A stretch of DNA of 45,764 nucleotides, taken from the IMG/VR virus record IMGVR_UViG_3300006052_000013; one strand, 5' to 3'. Below the pieces are notes generated by a model. It searched no databases. It saw nothing but the letters and a program-made list of their open reading frames with translations, and was not told where the DNA came from. The DNA comes from a virus. Every line of letters begins with the position of its first letter. The first letter of the stretch is position 1. A program made the position numbers and the translations under genes. Below are positions 33,844 to 41,590 of the stretch, piece after piece.

Positions 33844-34059
33844 TTAGGCGGCCTGGTTCAAATCGTACCGGGCCAAATCATGCTGGTTTGCATGGTGAAC
33901 CTTTTCGGCCCACTTTACGGCGACGGCCGAGGTTAGATAGTTGGTTTCTTCGACCGATCCGTCTGAGTGTTCCAGAATAATACGATCGGCGGCCTCGATG
34001 GCCTTGTTGATTGCTTCTTGACGACGCATATCGCGATTGTTGATACTATCCGTGATCAT
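33844..34059 (-). CDS. small hypothetical protein (71 aa)
   Basis: ATG after UAAGGAGAGGAAA. Confidence 0.5.
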   Translation of the reverse strand: MITDSINNRDMRRQEAINKAIEAADRIILEHSDGSVEETNYLTSAVAVKWAEKVHHANQHDLARYDLNQAA

Positions 34060-34093
34060 TTTCCTCTCCTTACAAGGCTCACTCTATTGTGGC

Positions 34094-34122
34094 CTTACCG
34101 TGGGTTTTCCCCACGGCCCTCG
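34094..34122 (-). repeat. JH motif copy 15
   Basis: CGAGGGCCGUGGGGAAAACCCACGGUAAG; abuts a UAA. Confidence 0.8.
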
Positions 34123-34380
34123 TTATATTTGTAGTGGTTTATTTTCGTTGAGACTGCGAGTAACCGCCGCCCAGGAAAATTCCAGACGCATTTCCCGTAC
34201 CTGGGGCACGTCCAGATTCATATGGGAGTAAACGGAAACTACGCAATAATCTAACATTCGACCAGAAGTAACGGCAGTAAGAATGACCCGTGGGCCAACC
34301 TGGAGTTTGACCATGGGTAATTCTTTTTTGACCTTTTCCTCGGTCCATTCCGGATTGGGTGTCGATTTTGCTTTTTTCAT
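34123..34380 (-). CDS. small hypothetical protein (85 aa)
   Basis: ATGA overlap with the upstream gene. Confidence 0.5.
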   Translation of the reverse strand: MKKAKSTPNPEWTEEKVKKELPMVKLQVGPRVILTAVTSGRMLDYCVVSVYSHMNLDVPQVREMRLEFSWAAVTRSLNENKPLQI

Positions 34381-34601
34381 ACCTTTACCATTCCTCCCCA
34401 AGACCGTTGATAAAATACCCGGAACCCGGCGGTTTGAACATCGATCACCGCGCGACGCCTCGCGGTCTCACCCGGAAAGATGAGGTACTTAAACGGCCCC
34501 GCCTCGGTGGTACCGTACGTAATCGTCGGATGAATCACCCGTCGTATTTCGTCGAATTCGCTCTTTTTGACGGCGAACTCAGGCTGATTTGGTCTTGGCA
34601 T
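34377..34601 (-). CDS. small hypothetical protein (74 aa)
   Basis: Start reset to MPRPNQ after AGGAGGCCCGGU. Confidence 0.5.
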   Translation of the reverse strand: MPRPNQPEFAVKKSEFDEIRRVIHPTITYGTTEAGPFKYLIFPGETARRRAVIDVQTAGFRVFYQRSWGGMVKV

Positions 34602-34797
34602 ACCGGGCCTCCTGAATGGTCCCATTTTCGATGACCTTTTTGATCAGACTAGTTTCAAATCCACTTAACTGGAAGCCAAATGGATTGGGCGCCGAACCCT
34701 TTTGTCCGGTCAGTAACCATGTACGATATGCCCTCGCATACCGCCGTTGATTACAAGGTAATCGATGAATGTAATCATCAATAATTTTGTTTTGCAT
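34579..34797 (-). CDS. small hypothetical protein (72 aa)
   Basis: Start reset to MQNKIIDDY after AGGAGAGGAAU. Confidence 0.5.
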   Translation of the reverse strand: MQNKIIDDYIHRLPCNQRRYARAYRTWLLTGQKGSAPNPFGFQLSGFETSLIKKVIENGTIQEARYAKTKSA

Positions 34798-34864
34798 ATT
34801 CCTCTCCTGGTATGGCAGTGTCGACGGCGGAGGCCGTCGCACTCTGAGGTTTCCCTCTGCCACA
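34798..34864 (-). promoter_or_regulatory. Y-shaped 5'-UTR element copy E
   Basis: GUGUGGCAG-A-GAGGGAAACCUC-A-GAGUGCGACGGCCUCCGCCGUCGACACU-GCCAUAC-C-AGGAGAGGAAU-AUG. Confidence 0.55.
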
Positions 34865-34894
34865 CTTACCGTGGAAGTTATCCCACGGCCCTCG
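34865..34894 (-). repeat. JH motif copy 16
   Basis: CGAGGGCCGUGGGAUAACUUCCACGGUAAG. Confidence 0.8.
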
Positions 34895-34895
34895 T

Positions 34896-35123
34896 TCAAA
34901 TACGTTCTACCAGAAAAGGTTCGCCCAAAAACTGGCCATCCTCGAAGGGCGCCACGTTAAATTCAGAACCACACTTAGAACATTTTATGTTTTGACTTAA
35001 CCCACCCCGTCGTCCTTGAAAAAATGTGTCGTTATTACAGTCTGGACAAACGTGACGGTTGGCAATGGCATCAAAAACTGGATCAACAACGGGTGCTTTT
35101 TTCTTACGAAATGGGTTCCACAT
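34896..35123 (-). CDS. Zn-ribbon protein
   Basis: CPDC...CSKC; ATG after AAAGGAGAACGACAAAG. Confidence 0.55.
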   Translation of the reverse strand: MWNPFRKKKAPVVDPVFDAIANRHVCPDCNNDTFFQGRRGGLSQNIKCSKCGSEFNVAPFEDGQFLGEPFLVERI

Positions 35124-35143
35124 CTTTGTCGTTCTCCTTTGTA

Positions 35144-35172
35144 CTTACCACGGGTTACCCCCGTGGCCCTCG
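35144..35172 (-). repeat. JH motif copy 17
   Basis: CGAGGGCCACGGGGGUAACCCGUGGUAAG; abuts a UAA. Confidence 0.8.
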
Positions 35173-35298
35173 TTAGTGACGCGTTATAAACCATTGAACC
35201 ATCAAGATGACCCCGGTAATCGAAAACCCAACGATTACCGCCCCAATCATCGTGGCGATCCAACCATGTTGAGGCTCCTCTTCGTCATTGTTTTTCAT
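35173..35298 (-). CDS. small membrane peptide (41 aa)
   Basis: MKNNDEEEPQHGWIATMIGAVIVGFSITGVILMVQWFITRH; the start overlaps the upstream gene end. Confidence 0.35.
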   Translation of the reverse strand: MKNNDEEEPQHGWIATMIGAVIVGFSITGVILMVQWFITRH

Positions 35299-35467
35299 CT
35301 CTGGTCGCCTTATGATAGGCGCGAACCCGAACAGAATGAACAAAATTTGACATCGGTTCTTTTTTAGAATCTGTTTGGCGAAAGCAAAATTCATTAGACC
35401 CGGCCCGGCAACGAGGGCAGGGGATTAAAATAATGCGATCCCGACTGGCGGGTTTTACTCTTGGCAT
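35285..35467 (-). CDS. small Zn-binding protein (60 aa)
   Basis: Start reset to MPRVKPAS after AAAGGAGAAAACA; CPRC motif. Confidence 0.5.
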   Translation of the reverse strand: MPRVKPASRDRIILIPCPRCRAGSNEFCFRQTDSKKEPMSNFVHSVRVRAYHKATRDEKQ

Positions 35468-35483
35468 TGTTTTCTCCTTTGTA

Positions 35484-35513
35484 CTTACCGGCCCATGACT
35501 GGGCCGGCCCTCG
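35484..35513 (-). repeat. JH motif copy 18
   Basis: CGAGGGCCGGCCCAGUCAUGGGCCGGUAAG. Confidence 0.8.
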
Positions 35514-35533
35514 TTTACCACATTATGAATTAT

Positions 35534-35824
35534 TCATGCCGCCCGCTTTGGCATGACTTTTAAGACTCCCCGCCGTTTGGCAAGATCGAACAGTTGGTAG
35601 TGAATTGCCTGTTCGACGGGCATCGTCGTCGCCAATTTACCCTGGCGTTTAACCTCGGCGATGACCTCGCCACTCGTGGCCTTTTTGAGTTTCTTAATGG
35701 CCAATACGGTGGCGCCGGCGTGGGTATGGGGTTTTAATTTGGTGATATCCACCTTCGGTTTTGCAACCAGCGCGTAAAACTGTCGTCCCGTTGCAGACTG
35801 CACGGGCTTCTTTTGACTTTTCAT
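35534..35824 (-). CDS. DNA-binding-like protein, paralogue of the globular part of 25754..26164
   Basis: Shared pattern R.(L/F)Y.LVA..K.D......H.GA.V.A..KL...T...VI.EV..QGK..T.M; start reset after AUAGGAGAGAUUCAA. Confidence 0.55.
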   Translation of the reverse strand: MKSQKKPVQSATGRQFYALVAKPKVDITKLKPHTHAGATVLAIKKLKKATSGEVIAEVKRQGKLATTMPVEQAIHYQLFDLAKRRGVLKVMPKRAA

Positions 35825-35884
35825 TTGAATCTCTCCTATCACGAACAAATTTGCTTCCAACGCACGGCCTGGAGGGACGAGTGC

Positions 35885-35911
35885 GTTACCACGGTTTCCC
35901 GTGGCCCTCTG
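35885..35911 (-). repeat. JH motif copy 19
   Basis: CAGAGGGCCACGGGAAACCGUGGUAAC; abuts a UAA. Confidence 0.8.
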
Positions 35912-36178
35912 TTATTGAACAGTAATCGGAATAAACCCCGCCGATCGTAGGCAGGACGCACAACTGACCGAGAAGTGATATATTTGTCTTTTTGGGTCGG
36001 TTTCTTCAGGACAACTCTTGCAACTGATTACGCCCATGGAAGTTTCGGTGGCCGGCTCAAAAAACTCCACGTCGCCGGGGTTACCGACATGTTCACATAC
36101 CAAATAACCTGCTTCCCGAACCTCCGGATATTTTTCACATCCGACGATCGGGTATACATCAATATTATCTACTGTCAT
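35912..36178 (-). CDS. Cys-rich hypothetical protein
   Basis: ATG after UAAAGGAGAAACA. Confidence 0.55.
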   Translation of the reverse strand: MTVDNIDVYPIVGCEKYPEVREAGYLVCEHVGNPGDVEFFEPATETSMGVISCKSCPEETDPKRQIYHFSVSCASCLRSAGFIPITVQ

Positions 36179-36197
36179 TGTTTCTCCTTTATTTGGT

Positions 36198-36228
36198 CGT
36201 AACGCCGGGGATCACCCGGCGCCCTCTG
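36198..36228 (-). repeat. JH motif copy 20 (variant)
   Basis: CAGAGGGCGCCGGGUGAUCCCCGGCGUUACG; the upstream ORF stop UGA lies in the loop. Confidence 0.7.
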
Positions 36229-36388
36229 AATATTCTTCCTCTGTCATCTCTTCATCAAGATCAATAAACTCGACGGTGTATTTCATCCCTTTAGAATATT
36301 TCTCTGGAATTAAAGACTCCGCCAAAAGAACCGCCTGGGTGCGGTTTTCTGCCTCCAGTACAGTTTCGTACTTGACCCGCCATCTCAT
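36212..36388 (-). CDS. small acidic protein (58 aa)
   Basis: MRWRVKYETVLEAENR...EEYSEGAG; ATGA overlap with the KTSC gene; below the track cutoff. Confidence 0.4.
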   Translation of the reverse strand: MRWRVKYETVLEAENRTQAVLLAESLIPEKYSKGMKYTVEFIDLDEEMTEEEYSEGAG

Positions 36389-36627
36389 GCCACCCTCCGG
36401 CCGTTTTCCACCAATTCATACTTGTAACGATATCGAACGAACTGGTAGAAAAAACGACCCTTGGAATGTGCCCGTTGAAAGCGGCCGAAGGTCAGGGGAC
36501 CTACGCCAAAGTAACGATACATGCGGCCGGTCAGGAATCTTACGTACAGAATCCGCCGCAGCACGTCATATCCGATACTTTGGATATTGGTCGAATCTAC
36601 CTCGATCATTCCCACTTGTGTTGTCAT
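36385..36627 (-). CDS. KTSC-domain protein
   Basis: VDSTNIQSIGYD...LYVRFLTGRMYRYFGVGPLTFGRFQRAHSKGRFFYQFVR. Confidence 0.65.
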   Translation of the reverse strand: MTTQVGMIEVDSTNIQSIGYDVLRRILYVRFLTGRMYRYFGVGPLTFGRFQRAHSKGRFFYQFVRYRYKYELVENGRRVA

Positions 36628-36636
36628 ATTTCCCTC

Positions 36637-36665
36637 CTTAAACCCCCTCAGAGGGGGTTCCCTCG
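36637..36665 (-). repeat. JH motif copy 21 (variant)
   Basis: CGAGGGAACCCCCUCUGAGGGGGUUUAAG; the upstream ORF stop UGA lies in the loop. Confidence 0.65.
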
Positions 36666-36884
36666 CCTTTCCATCTTGATCATTCCGTACATAATCATCG
36701 CCAGTCCCATGGCCACGACTTCCTCCGGCCGGGGGTAACTTTCAACATGTTTCACCATGGCCGTGGTGAGCGGTATATTCGGCGACACACCCTTTTTAGC
36801 CAGGCGTGTGCGCAGTTCATTTAGGGAGATGACTCCTAGTTCTTCCAATCTTTTCTTGGTTTTTTCTACATTTTGTCGGTTCAT
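36648..36884 (-). CDS. small hypothetical protein (78 aa)
   Basis: Start reset to MNRQNVEK after ACAAGGAGAGAAUUUCAA. Confidence 0.5.
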   Translation of the reverse strand: MNRQNVEKTKKRLEELGVISLNELRTRLAKKGVSPNIPLTTAMVKHVESYPRPEEVVAMGLAMIMYGMIKMERRGNPL

Positions 36885-36903
36885 TTGAAATTCTCTCCTT
36901 GTA

Positions 36904-36931
36904 CTTACCACGGATTTCTCCGTGGCCCTCG
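36904..36931 (-). repeat. JH motif copy 22
   Basis: CGAGGGCCACGGAGAAAUCCGUGGUAAG. Confidence 0.8.
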
Positions 36932-36953
36932 TTATCAGGGACACTACATCTTG

Positions 36954-37364
36954 TTAAATGGGTTCGATTTTATTGACCTCATCCCATTTCAGGCCCAAAA
37001 CGTGAAAGGCCATCCGGGCGTGATAACCAAAATGGTTATCCCCCGTGGTGACTATCCGTTTGCGGAGTTCCAGCTTATCTGCCGTATCGGAGGTACTAGA
37101 TAAACAACTGGCCTGATTACCGTTCTCCCATAGGCCAAGACGGCCTCGGATTACCTCGGTCGTCGCCCATTTGGCATCATGGTCGCTGATGCCATTTTGC
37201 GAGTTCTGTTCATCCGGACCGCGCAACGCCGAAAGAACCCACCATAGGGCCTTCCCCTGTGATATTTTGTAGAGATTGTCGCCACCCCGGTCTAGTACAT
37301 CCGTCGGTGACGAATTTTTGTTGATTTCTTTGGCAATCTCCCGCAGCAATTCAATCCATTTCAT
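36954..37364 (-). CDS. hypothetical protein (136 aa)
   Basis: ATG after UAGGAGAGGAAUUAAC. Confidence 0.55.
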   Translation of the reverse strand: MKWIELLREIAKEINKNSSPTDVLDRGGDNLYKISQGKALWWVLSALRGPDEQNSQNGISDHDAKWATTEVIRGRLGLWENGNQASCLSSTSDTADKLELRKRIVTTGDNHFGYHARMAFHVLGLKWDEVNKIEPI

Positions 37365-37398
37365 GTTAATTCCTCTCCTATTTAAAGATTTGATTGGT

Positions 37399-37428
37399 CT
37401 TACGGGTCACCGAAGTGACCCACCCTCG
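37399..37428 (-). repeat. JH motif copy 23
   Basis: CGAGGGUGGGUCACUUCGGUGACCCGUAAG; UUCG loop; abuts a UAA. Confidence 0.8.
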
Positions 37429-38991
37429 TTAGTCGTTCTGTTTTTCTTTGTACTCCATAGACCGCACGATGACCCCGAACAACAGGTCGCCCAGGCGGTG
37501 CAACATACCCGGAATCACGATCGCGTTGGGGTTGTGGGAGGTTCCCAGAAGGGCGCCAAACCCAAAGTAACCTTTGTGCAACCGGAGTTCCGGGTCGGCC
37601 AGTCCGGGAGACTTTTGAATTTCTCCGTCGTAGTCGTATTGCATTTCATTGTGCCGGAAACTGCAACCGAAGTTCACCAGATCGTCGGGGCGATTCTCAT
37701 AACCGGTCAGGTTATAAAACTCATCCACTTTGGTTTCGGTCTGGGAACGACCCCGCCGGATCACAAAGTCTTTTATGATCCGGTCCCACCCGGTGACATC
37801 TGACACGATGCGCCCCGTCCGCAGTGCCCGGTAGTAATCGGCCCGGTTCTGGGGAAGATCGCCCTCGTAATCTACCAGGTTCGAGGCAGAAAGATCACGA
37901 AATACCCGGTACTTCGTGTTTTTTTGGATGATGTAATCATCCGGATTAAATACGGAGTCCTTGGGATAGTGGGTCAATACCGAATAATCGGTATCAATTC
38001 CTCGATCCTGGGCATCGTGAAGTTGCCGGAGCATCTCGGCGGTAGAGTTTCCCAGGCCAATAAAGAGAAATTTCTTTCCCTTAATTTGCGGGTAAGTGAG
38101 GCGCTTTTGCCAACGGTTACCGGCGTGGGTGACCTCCGCAGATGTCACCATACGGTGGCGATCCGAGAGGTTTTTCGGTTTTCCCAGTCCCAGGCAGTTG
38201 ATGACGATGGGGTACTCCTTAAAACTTTGACCACGGTCATAAACCCCGTGGGCAAGATTGTTCGGAGTAACCGTGGTGACGTCGTTGGTGATAACGTTTA
38301 ATGAATTGGCGTTCTGGATATTTTGCAGAAAATCCCGTACCTCCGATCCTTCGCCGGGCGCCGGTTCCAGGGCATACTCGCCCAGGACCAATCTACGAGG
38401 ATTGTTTCGACTCCCGCCTTTGATATCTTCCCGTGACCAGATTCCAAATGGTTTGCCCTTTTCATAAAGAGTTACATTTTTAAATCCGGTGCGACTCAGG
38501 CCATATCGTACAATTTGGCCCGCCGCCCCACCACCGATGATGGCAATGGGTGTGTTCCCAATGTCCAAATTGATCACGTTATAAAACGTGGACAAACGTC
38601 CGGCGATACCACTCCCAAAAAAATTATTGGAAGTATTTACCGGAGAGACGGCCAAGGCGCGATCAATTACTTGATTTTGCTCGGGCGTTCCCCGGTAAGT
38701 AACACAGTCGGCGGGTTTCGAGAACAACGAAACTTCACCCAAATAATCCAACACCGGAAATTTTTGGTATATTTCATCTCCGGAAACATTACGCAAGACG
38801 TAACTTCCCAGAAACTTTCCCAGCATTTTCCGACGGCCCATTTCAACAATGGCCTGGTTACTCCAACCTTTATCGCGCGTCATACGTTTTAACACGGATA
38901 TCGGATTGGATAACATTATTGGACTAACGACGTTGTACGACTTCATCGCTTCAACTGCCAAGAACGACTTCAACATTTCTTGGTGATTCAT
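37429..38991 (-). CDS. two-dinucleotide-binding-domain flavoprotein (FAD/NAD(P)-dependent oxidoreductase or monooxygenase-like)
   Basis: IAIIGGGAAGQIVRYGL (GxGxxG) and FLFIGLGNSTAEMLRQL (a second Rossmann motif); start reset to MNHQEML after ACAGGAGAAGAACAA. Confidence 0.7.
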   Translation of the reverse strand: MNHQEMLKSFLAVEAMKSYNVVSPIMLSNPISVLKRMTRDKGWSNQAIVEMGRRKMLGKFLGSYVLRNVSGDEIYQKFPVLDYLGEVSLFSKPADCVTYRGTPEQNQVIDRALAVSPVNTSNNFFGSGIAGRLSTFYNVINLDIGNTPIAIIGGGAAGQIVRYGLSRTGFKNVTLYEKGKPFGIWSREDIKGGSRNNPRRLVLGEYALEPAPGEGSEVRDFLQNIQNANSLNVITNDVTTVTPNNLAHGVYDRGQSFKEYPIVINCLGLGKPKNLSDRHRMVTSAEVTHAGNRWQKRLTYPQIKGKKFLFIGLGNSTAEMLRQLHDAQDRGIDTDYSVLTHYPKDSVFNPDDYIIQKNTKYRVFRDLSASNLVDYEGDLPQNRADYYRALRTGRIVSDVTGWDRIIKDFVIRRGRSQTETKVDEFYNLTGYENRPDDLVNFGCSFRHNEMQYDYDGEIQKSPGLADPELRLHKGYFGFGALLGTSHNPNAIVIPGMLHRLGDLLFGVIVRSMEYKEKQND

Positions 38992-39025
38992 TTGTTCTTC
39001 TCCTGTATAAGCCCGATTCATCGGA

Positions 39026-39055
39026 CTTACACCCCCGTTTCCGGGGATGCCCTCG
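39026..39055 (-). repeat. JH motif copy 24
   Basis: CGAGGGCAUCCCCGGAAACGGGGGUGUAAG; has a U-G pair. Confidence 0.75.
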
Positions 39056-39060
39056 TATCA

Positions 39061-39303
39061 CTAAGGAACAAACTGGTACCAAAGAAGTGTCCCCGGTGGA
39101 TAGGGAACCTCCTCGTGTTTTTGTTTCGTGAACCAGATGGCAACCCGTTCCAGATCGGCGTCTGATGCGAGTGCCTCGGTATACTTGGTCTCACCGTCCG
39201 ATTGCAGATTTTCCTTTACAAAGTTATACTGCCGGATATCTGCGAGGGAGGCCTCGACCAGGGCGGTTTCTTTGTCGCCTTTGATAATCAATCGTATTGA
39301 CAT
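39061..39303 (-). CDS. small hypothetical protein (80 aa)
   Basis: ATG after CGAGAGGAUAAC, 1 nt after the upstream stop. Confidence 0.5.
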   Translation of the reverse strand: MSIRLIIKGDKETALVEASLADIRQYNFVKENLQSDGETKYTEALASDADLERVAIWFTKQKHEEVPYPPGTLLWYQFVP

Positions 39304-39304
39304 G

Positions 39305-39499
39305 TTATCCTCTCGTTTTTACCGGTTTGTGCGGGAAGTGAGAGTGACCGTGAGTACTTTTTGGCCAACTTGCCACCGCCGAACGGTGATGTCCCCTGCT
39401 ACCGCGGGAGGACGCCTCGGCGGGACGCGCAAGCCACGAAAAAAGTAGCAACAGTAACAGCAGCGGCCAAAGTGGCGCCAAATTCCTTACGATGTTCAT
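39305..39499 (-). CDS. small secreted-type His/Arg-rich peptide
   Basis: Signal-like LAPLWPLLLLLLLFSWLARPAEA, then SSRGSRGHHRS..THGHSHFPHKP. Confidence 0.45.
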   Translation of the reverse strand: MNIVRNLAPLWPLLLLLLLFSWLARPAEASSRGSRGHHRSAVASWPKSTHGHSHFPHKPVKTRG

Positions 39500-39565
39500 A
39501 TGTTCCTCTCCTGGTATGGCAAACTGAACGGGTACCGTTCAGTTCTGAGGTTTTCCCTCATTGCC
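39500..39565 (-). promoter_or_regulatory. Y-shaped 5'-UTR element copy F
   Basis: AUGGCAA-U-GAGGGAAAACCUC-A-GAACUGAACGGUACCCGUUCAGUU-UGCCAU-ACC-AGGAGAGGAAC. Confidence 0.6.
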
Positions 39566-39593
39566 ATTACCGGACTTATCGTCCGACCCTCTG
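39566..39593 (-). repeat. JH motif copy 25
   Basis: CAGAGGGUCGGACGAUAAGUCCGGUAAU. Confidence 0.75.
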
Positions 39594-39595
39594 TG

Positions 39596-39928
39596 CTACC
39601 GTGTTAAACCCACGGAAGAGTTTTTATTTAGGTGAAAAGCCCGAAGGCAATCTTCCAAGGTTTGTCTCAAACCATCATAGGCGGCCTTTTTGAGCGTCTC
39701 ATCATACGTCTTGATAAAATCCCGGTACTCATCCTCGGTCCACCCAGTCCAGTTGTCGACCGCCTCGTCAAGAACCCCTTCCATATCTTCCTGGTTGTAG
39801 TTCATACGGTGTGACCAAACGAGAGTTTCAGACATGGCCTGCGTTGCCGAGATGGCCCCGATGAAGGCCTCATCCCGGTCAGTTAATTGATCCAAAATGT
39901 TTACTGTCTCGTCAGTCAATACCGACAT
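39596..39928 (-). CDS. acidic hypothetical protein (110 aa)
   Basis: ATG after AAAAGGAGAACAAU. Confidence 0.55.
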   Translation of the reverse strand: MSVLTDETVNILDQLTDRDEAFIGAISATQAMSETLVWSHRMNYNQEDMEGVLDEAVDNWTGWTEDEYRDFIKTYDETLKKAAYDGLRQTLEDCLRAFHLNKNSSVGLTR

Positions 39929-39956
39929 ATTGTTCTCCTTTTAGTCCATATTTGGA

Positions 39957-39983
39957 CTTACCGCCCAAGGTGGGCGGCCCTCA
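39957..39983 (-). repeat. JH motif copy 26
   Basis: UGAGGGCCGCCCACCUUGGGCGGUAAG. Confidence 0.75.
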
Positions 39984-39987
39984 TTGC

Positions 39988-40113
39988 TTACTGCCCCGGC
40001 CCCGACGGAATCGTCAACGCGGCCTCCAGGATGATGAATACACCGGCCATTGCCGCGATAAACAACGCCGTCCAGATATGTTTACGGAACGTCCGCCAAA
40101 TTTGTTTACGCAT
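39988..40113 (-). CDS. small membrane peptide (41 aa)
   Basis: MRKQIWRTFRKHIWTALFIAAMAGVFIILEAALTIPSGPGQ; the start overlaps the upstream stop; below the track cutoff. Confidence 0.35.
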   Translation of the reverse strand: MRKQIWRTFRKHIWTALFIAAMAGVFIILEAALTIPSGPGQ

Positions 40114-40315
40114 GGGCATTCTCCACTTGTTCGGCGGTTAGATCGAGAAGAAGATCAATTTCTGTGGTGGAAAGAGAAGTGTCATTAATTTCAAGAAAAC
40201 TCTTGAGACCTTCTCGGCCACCCCGGCGATATTCTTCCAGGTCAATTTTCTCGAGATTTTCTGCGACTTCGGGGGTGTACATCTTTGCCAATGCTTCTCG
40301 AAGTGAAAGTTTCAT
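40106..40315 (-). CDS. small hypothetical protein (69 aa)
   Basis: ATG after UAAGGAGAACCA. Confidence 0.5.
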   Translation of the reverse strand: MKLSLREALAKMYTPEVAENLEKIDLEEYRRGGREGLKSFLEINDTSLSTTEIDLLLDLTAEQVENAHA

Positions 40316-40340
40316 TGGTTCTCCTTAGTCCATATTTGGA

Positions 40341-40368
40341 CTTACCACTCCTCACGGAATGGCCCTCG
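40341..40368 (-). repeat. JH motif copy 27
   Basis: CGAGGGCCAUUCCGUGAGGAGUGGUAAG; GUGA loop holds the upstream stop; has a U-G pair. Confidence 0.8.
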
Positions 40369-40633
40369 TAAAAAATCCATTTGTTTTAAGTTTGACCAAC
40401 ATATCGGCCAGAATTGAGTATGACCCGATCCAAATATGTCGACCTGCCCTTTTACCGTTGTCGATGTAACGAATTCCGGCGGTGCCCTCGTCCTGGGAAT
40501 ACCATATAATCATCGCGGTGCGGTCACTTGCCTCGCCACGAAAATATCTGGTATCACCCTCGGATTTTCTGGGATATGTTTGTACAAACCCCAATTCTTT
40601 TAAGATATCGTCGGGGTGATCTTTTTCAGTCAT
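40352..40633 (-). CDS. hypothetical protein (93 aa)
   Basis: Start reset to MTEKDHPDD after CAAAGGAGAUAACG. Confidence 0.5.
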   Translation of the reverse strand: MTEKDHPDDILKELGFVQTYPRKSEGDTRYFRGEASDRTAMIIWYSQDEGTAGIRYIDNGKRAGRHIWIGSYSILADMLVKLKTNGFFTRAIP

Positions 40634-40649
40634 CGTTATCTCCTTTGCA

Positions 40650-40677
40650 CTTACGGCCACCGAAGTGACCGCCCTCG
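40650..40677 (-). repeat. JH motif copy 28
   Basis: CGAGGGCGGUCACUUCGGUGGCCGUAAG; UUCG loop; has a U-G pair. Confidence 0.8.
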
Positions 40678-40679
40678 TA

Positions 40680-40916
40680 CTACTGTTTAAAGTGTTGCCC
40701 CGCGGGGAAGGTGATACCCTTCCCAAACTTCCATTCCATGTTTGTCATATCGCCGCCGTCGGTGATAATGACCCGCACGGTGGTGCCCAGGCGGGCGCCC
40801 ACCGAATGGGTATAGTGTTGGAACGCCTTCACCGCCTCTTCCGGCCCCACAAATCGTCTCACATATTCATAGGCGCCATCCGGAAAAAATTGGCAAACAG
40901 AAAATTCATTTTCCAT
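40680..40916 (-). CDS. small hypothetical protein (78 aa)
   Basis: ATG after ACAGGAGAAAAAC. Confidence 0.55.
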   Translation of the reverse strand: MENEFSVCQFFPDGAYEYVRRFVGPEEAVKAFQHYTHSVGARLGTTVRVIITDGGDMTNMEWKFGKGITFPAGQHFKQ

Positions 40917-40930
40917 GTTTTTCTCCTGTA

Positions 40931-40957
40931 CTTACCGGGTTTTCAACCCGGCCCTCG
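40931..40957 (-). repeat. JH motif copy 29
   Basis: CGAGGGCCGGGUUGAAAACCCGGUAAG. Confidence 0.8.
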
Positions 40958-40958
40958 T

Positions 40959-41234
40959 TTATTTTTCAACTCCCATTCTTCCAAGCAACTGCATGACCGA
41001 CTTTGTCCGAAACGGAGACAACTGCCGGGGTATGGTGTGCATCAGATGCACACCGACCCCGACTTCCAGTAAGGCCGAGTCGATATGATTTAACACCGCC
41101 GATTCTGACTTTGCCTCCCCGGCTCTTTGCAGGGCCGCGATCGCCAATTCCAAAGCATCTCGATAATTGACCCCGGTGGCCCGTTTTGCGGCCTCTTGTT
41201 CTTTGTGAAAGTCGTCGACATTTGTTTCAAACAT
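40959..41234 (-). CDS. hypothetical protein (91 aa)
   Basis: Start reset to MFETNVDD after CAAAGGAGAACAAA. Confidence 0.5.
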   Translation of the reverse strand: MFETNVDDFHKEQEAAKRATGVNYRDALELAIAALQRAGEAKSESAVLNHIDSALLEVGVGVHLMHTIPRQLSPFRTKSVMQLLGRMGVEK

Positions 41235-41250
41235 TTTGTTCTCCTTTGTA

Positions 41251-41278
41251 CTTACGGTCACCGGGGTGACCGCCCTCG
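41251..41278 (-). repeat. JH motif copy 30
   Basis: CGAGGGCGGUCACCCCGGUGACCGUAAG. Confidence 0.8.
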
Positions 41279-41279
41279 T

Positions 41280-41522
41280 TCAATCTTGATGATAACCACC
41301 GTCCGGATTGGGCGGCAGTAACTCATCATAGGGATTACCGTCGAACAACTTTGCCAACGGAATAATCTCAATTTCTTTCCCGACTATGTTCAACGCCGCC
41401 ACGACGGCCACCGACTTTCCGGTGGACTTATCCTGGCAGTCGATTAAACAAAGTCGGTCGTTGTGATTGGCGTTCGACAATGTTCGGAAGTTGGCGATCT
41501 GACCCTTCGAAAGTTTTGGCAT
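41280..41522 (-). CDS. small hypothetical protein (80 aa)
   Basis: ATG after ACAAGGAGCGUAAU. Confidence 0.55.
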   Translation of the reverse strand: MPKLSKGQIANFRTLSNANHNDRLCLIDCQDKSTGKSVAVVAALNIVGKEIEIIPLAKLFDGNPYDELLPPNPDGGYHQD

Positions 41523-41537
41523 ATTACGCTCCTTGTA

Positions 41538-41567
41538 CTTACCGACTCATTTTTGAGTCGGCCCTCG
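41538..41567 (-). repeat. JH motif copy 31
   Basis: CGAGGGCCGACUCAAAAAUGAGUCGGUAAG. Confidence 0.8.
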
Positions 41568-41570
41568 TTT

Positions 41571-41590
41571 TGGCCATCAGGCGGCCCTCG
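41571..41590 (-). repeat. truncated JH 5' half directly upstream of copy 31
   Basis: CGAGGGCCGCCUGAUGGCCA matches the 5' half of copy 33 (CGAGGGCCGCCUGAG...) but lacks the 3' arm and GGUAAG. Confidence 0.6.
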
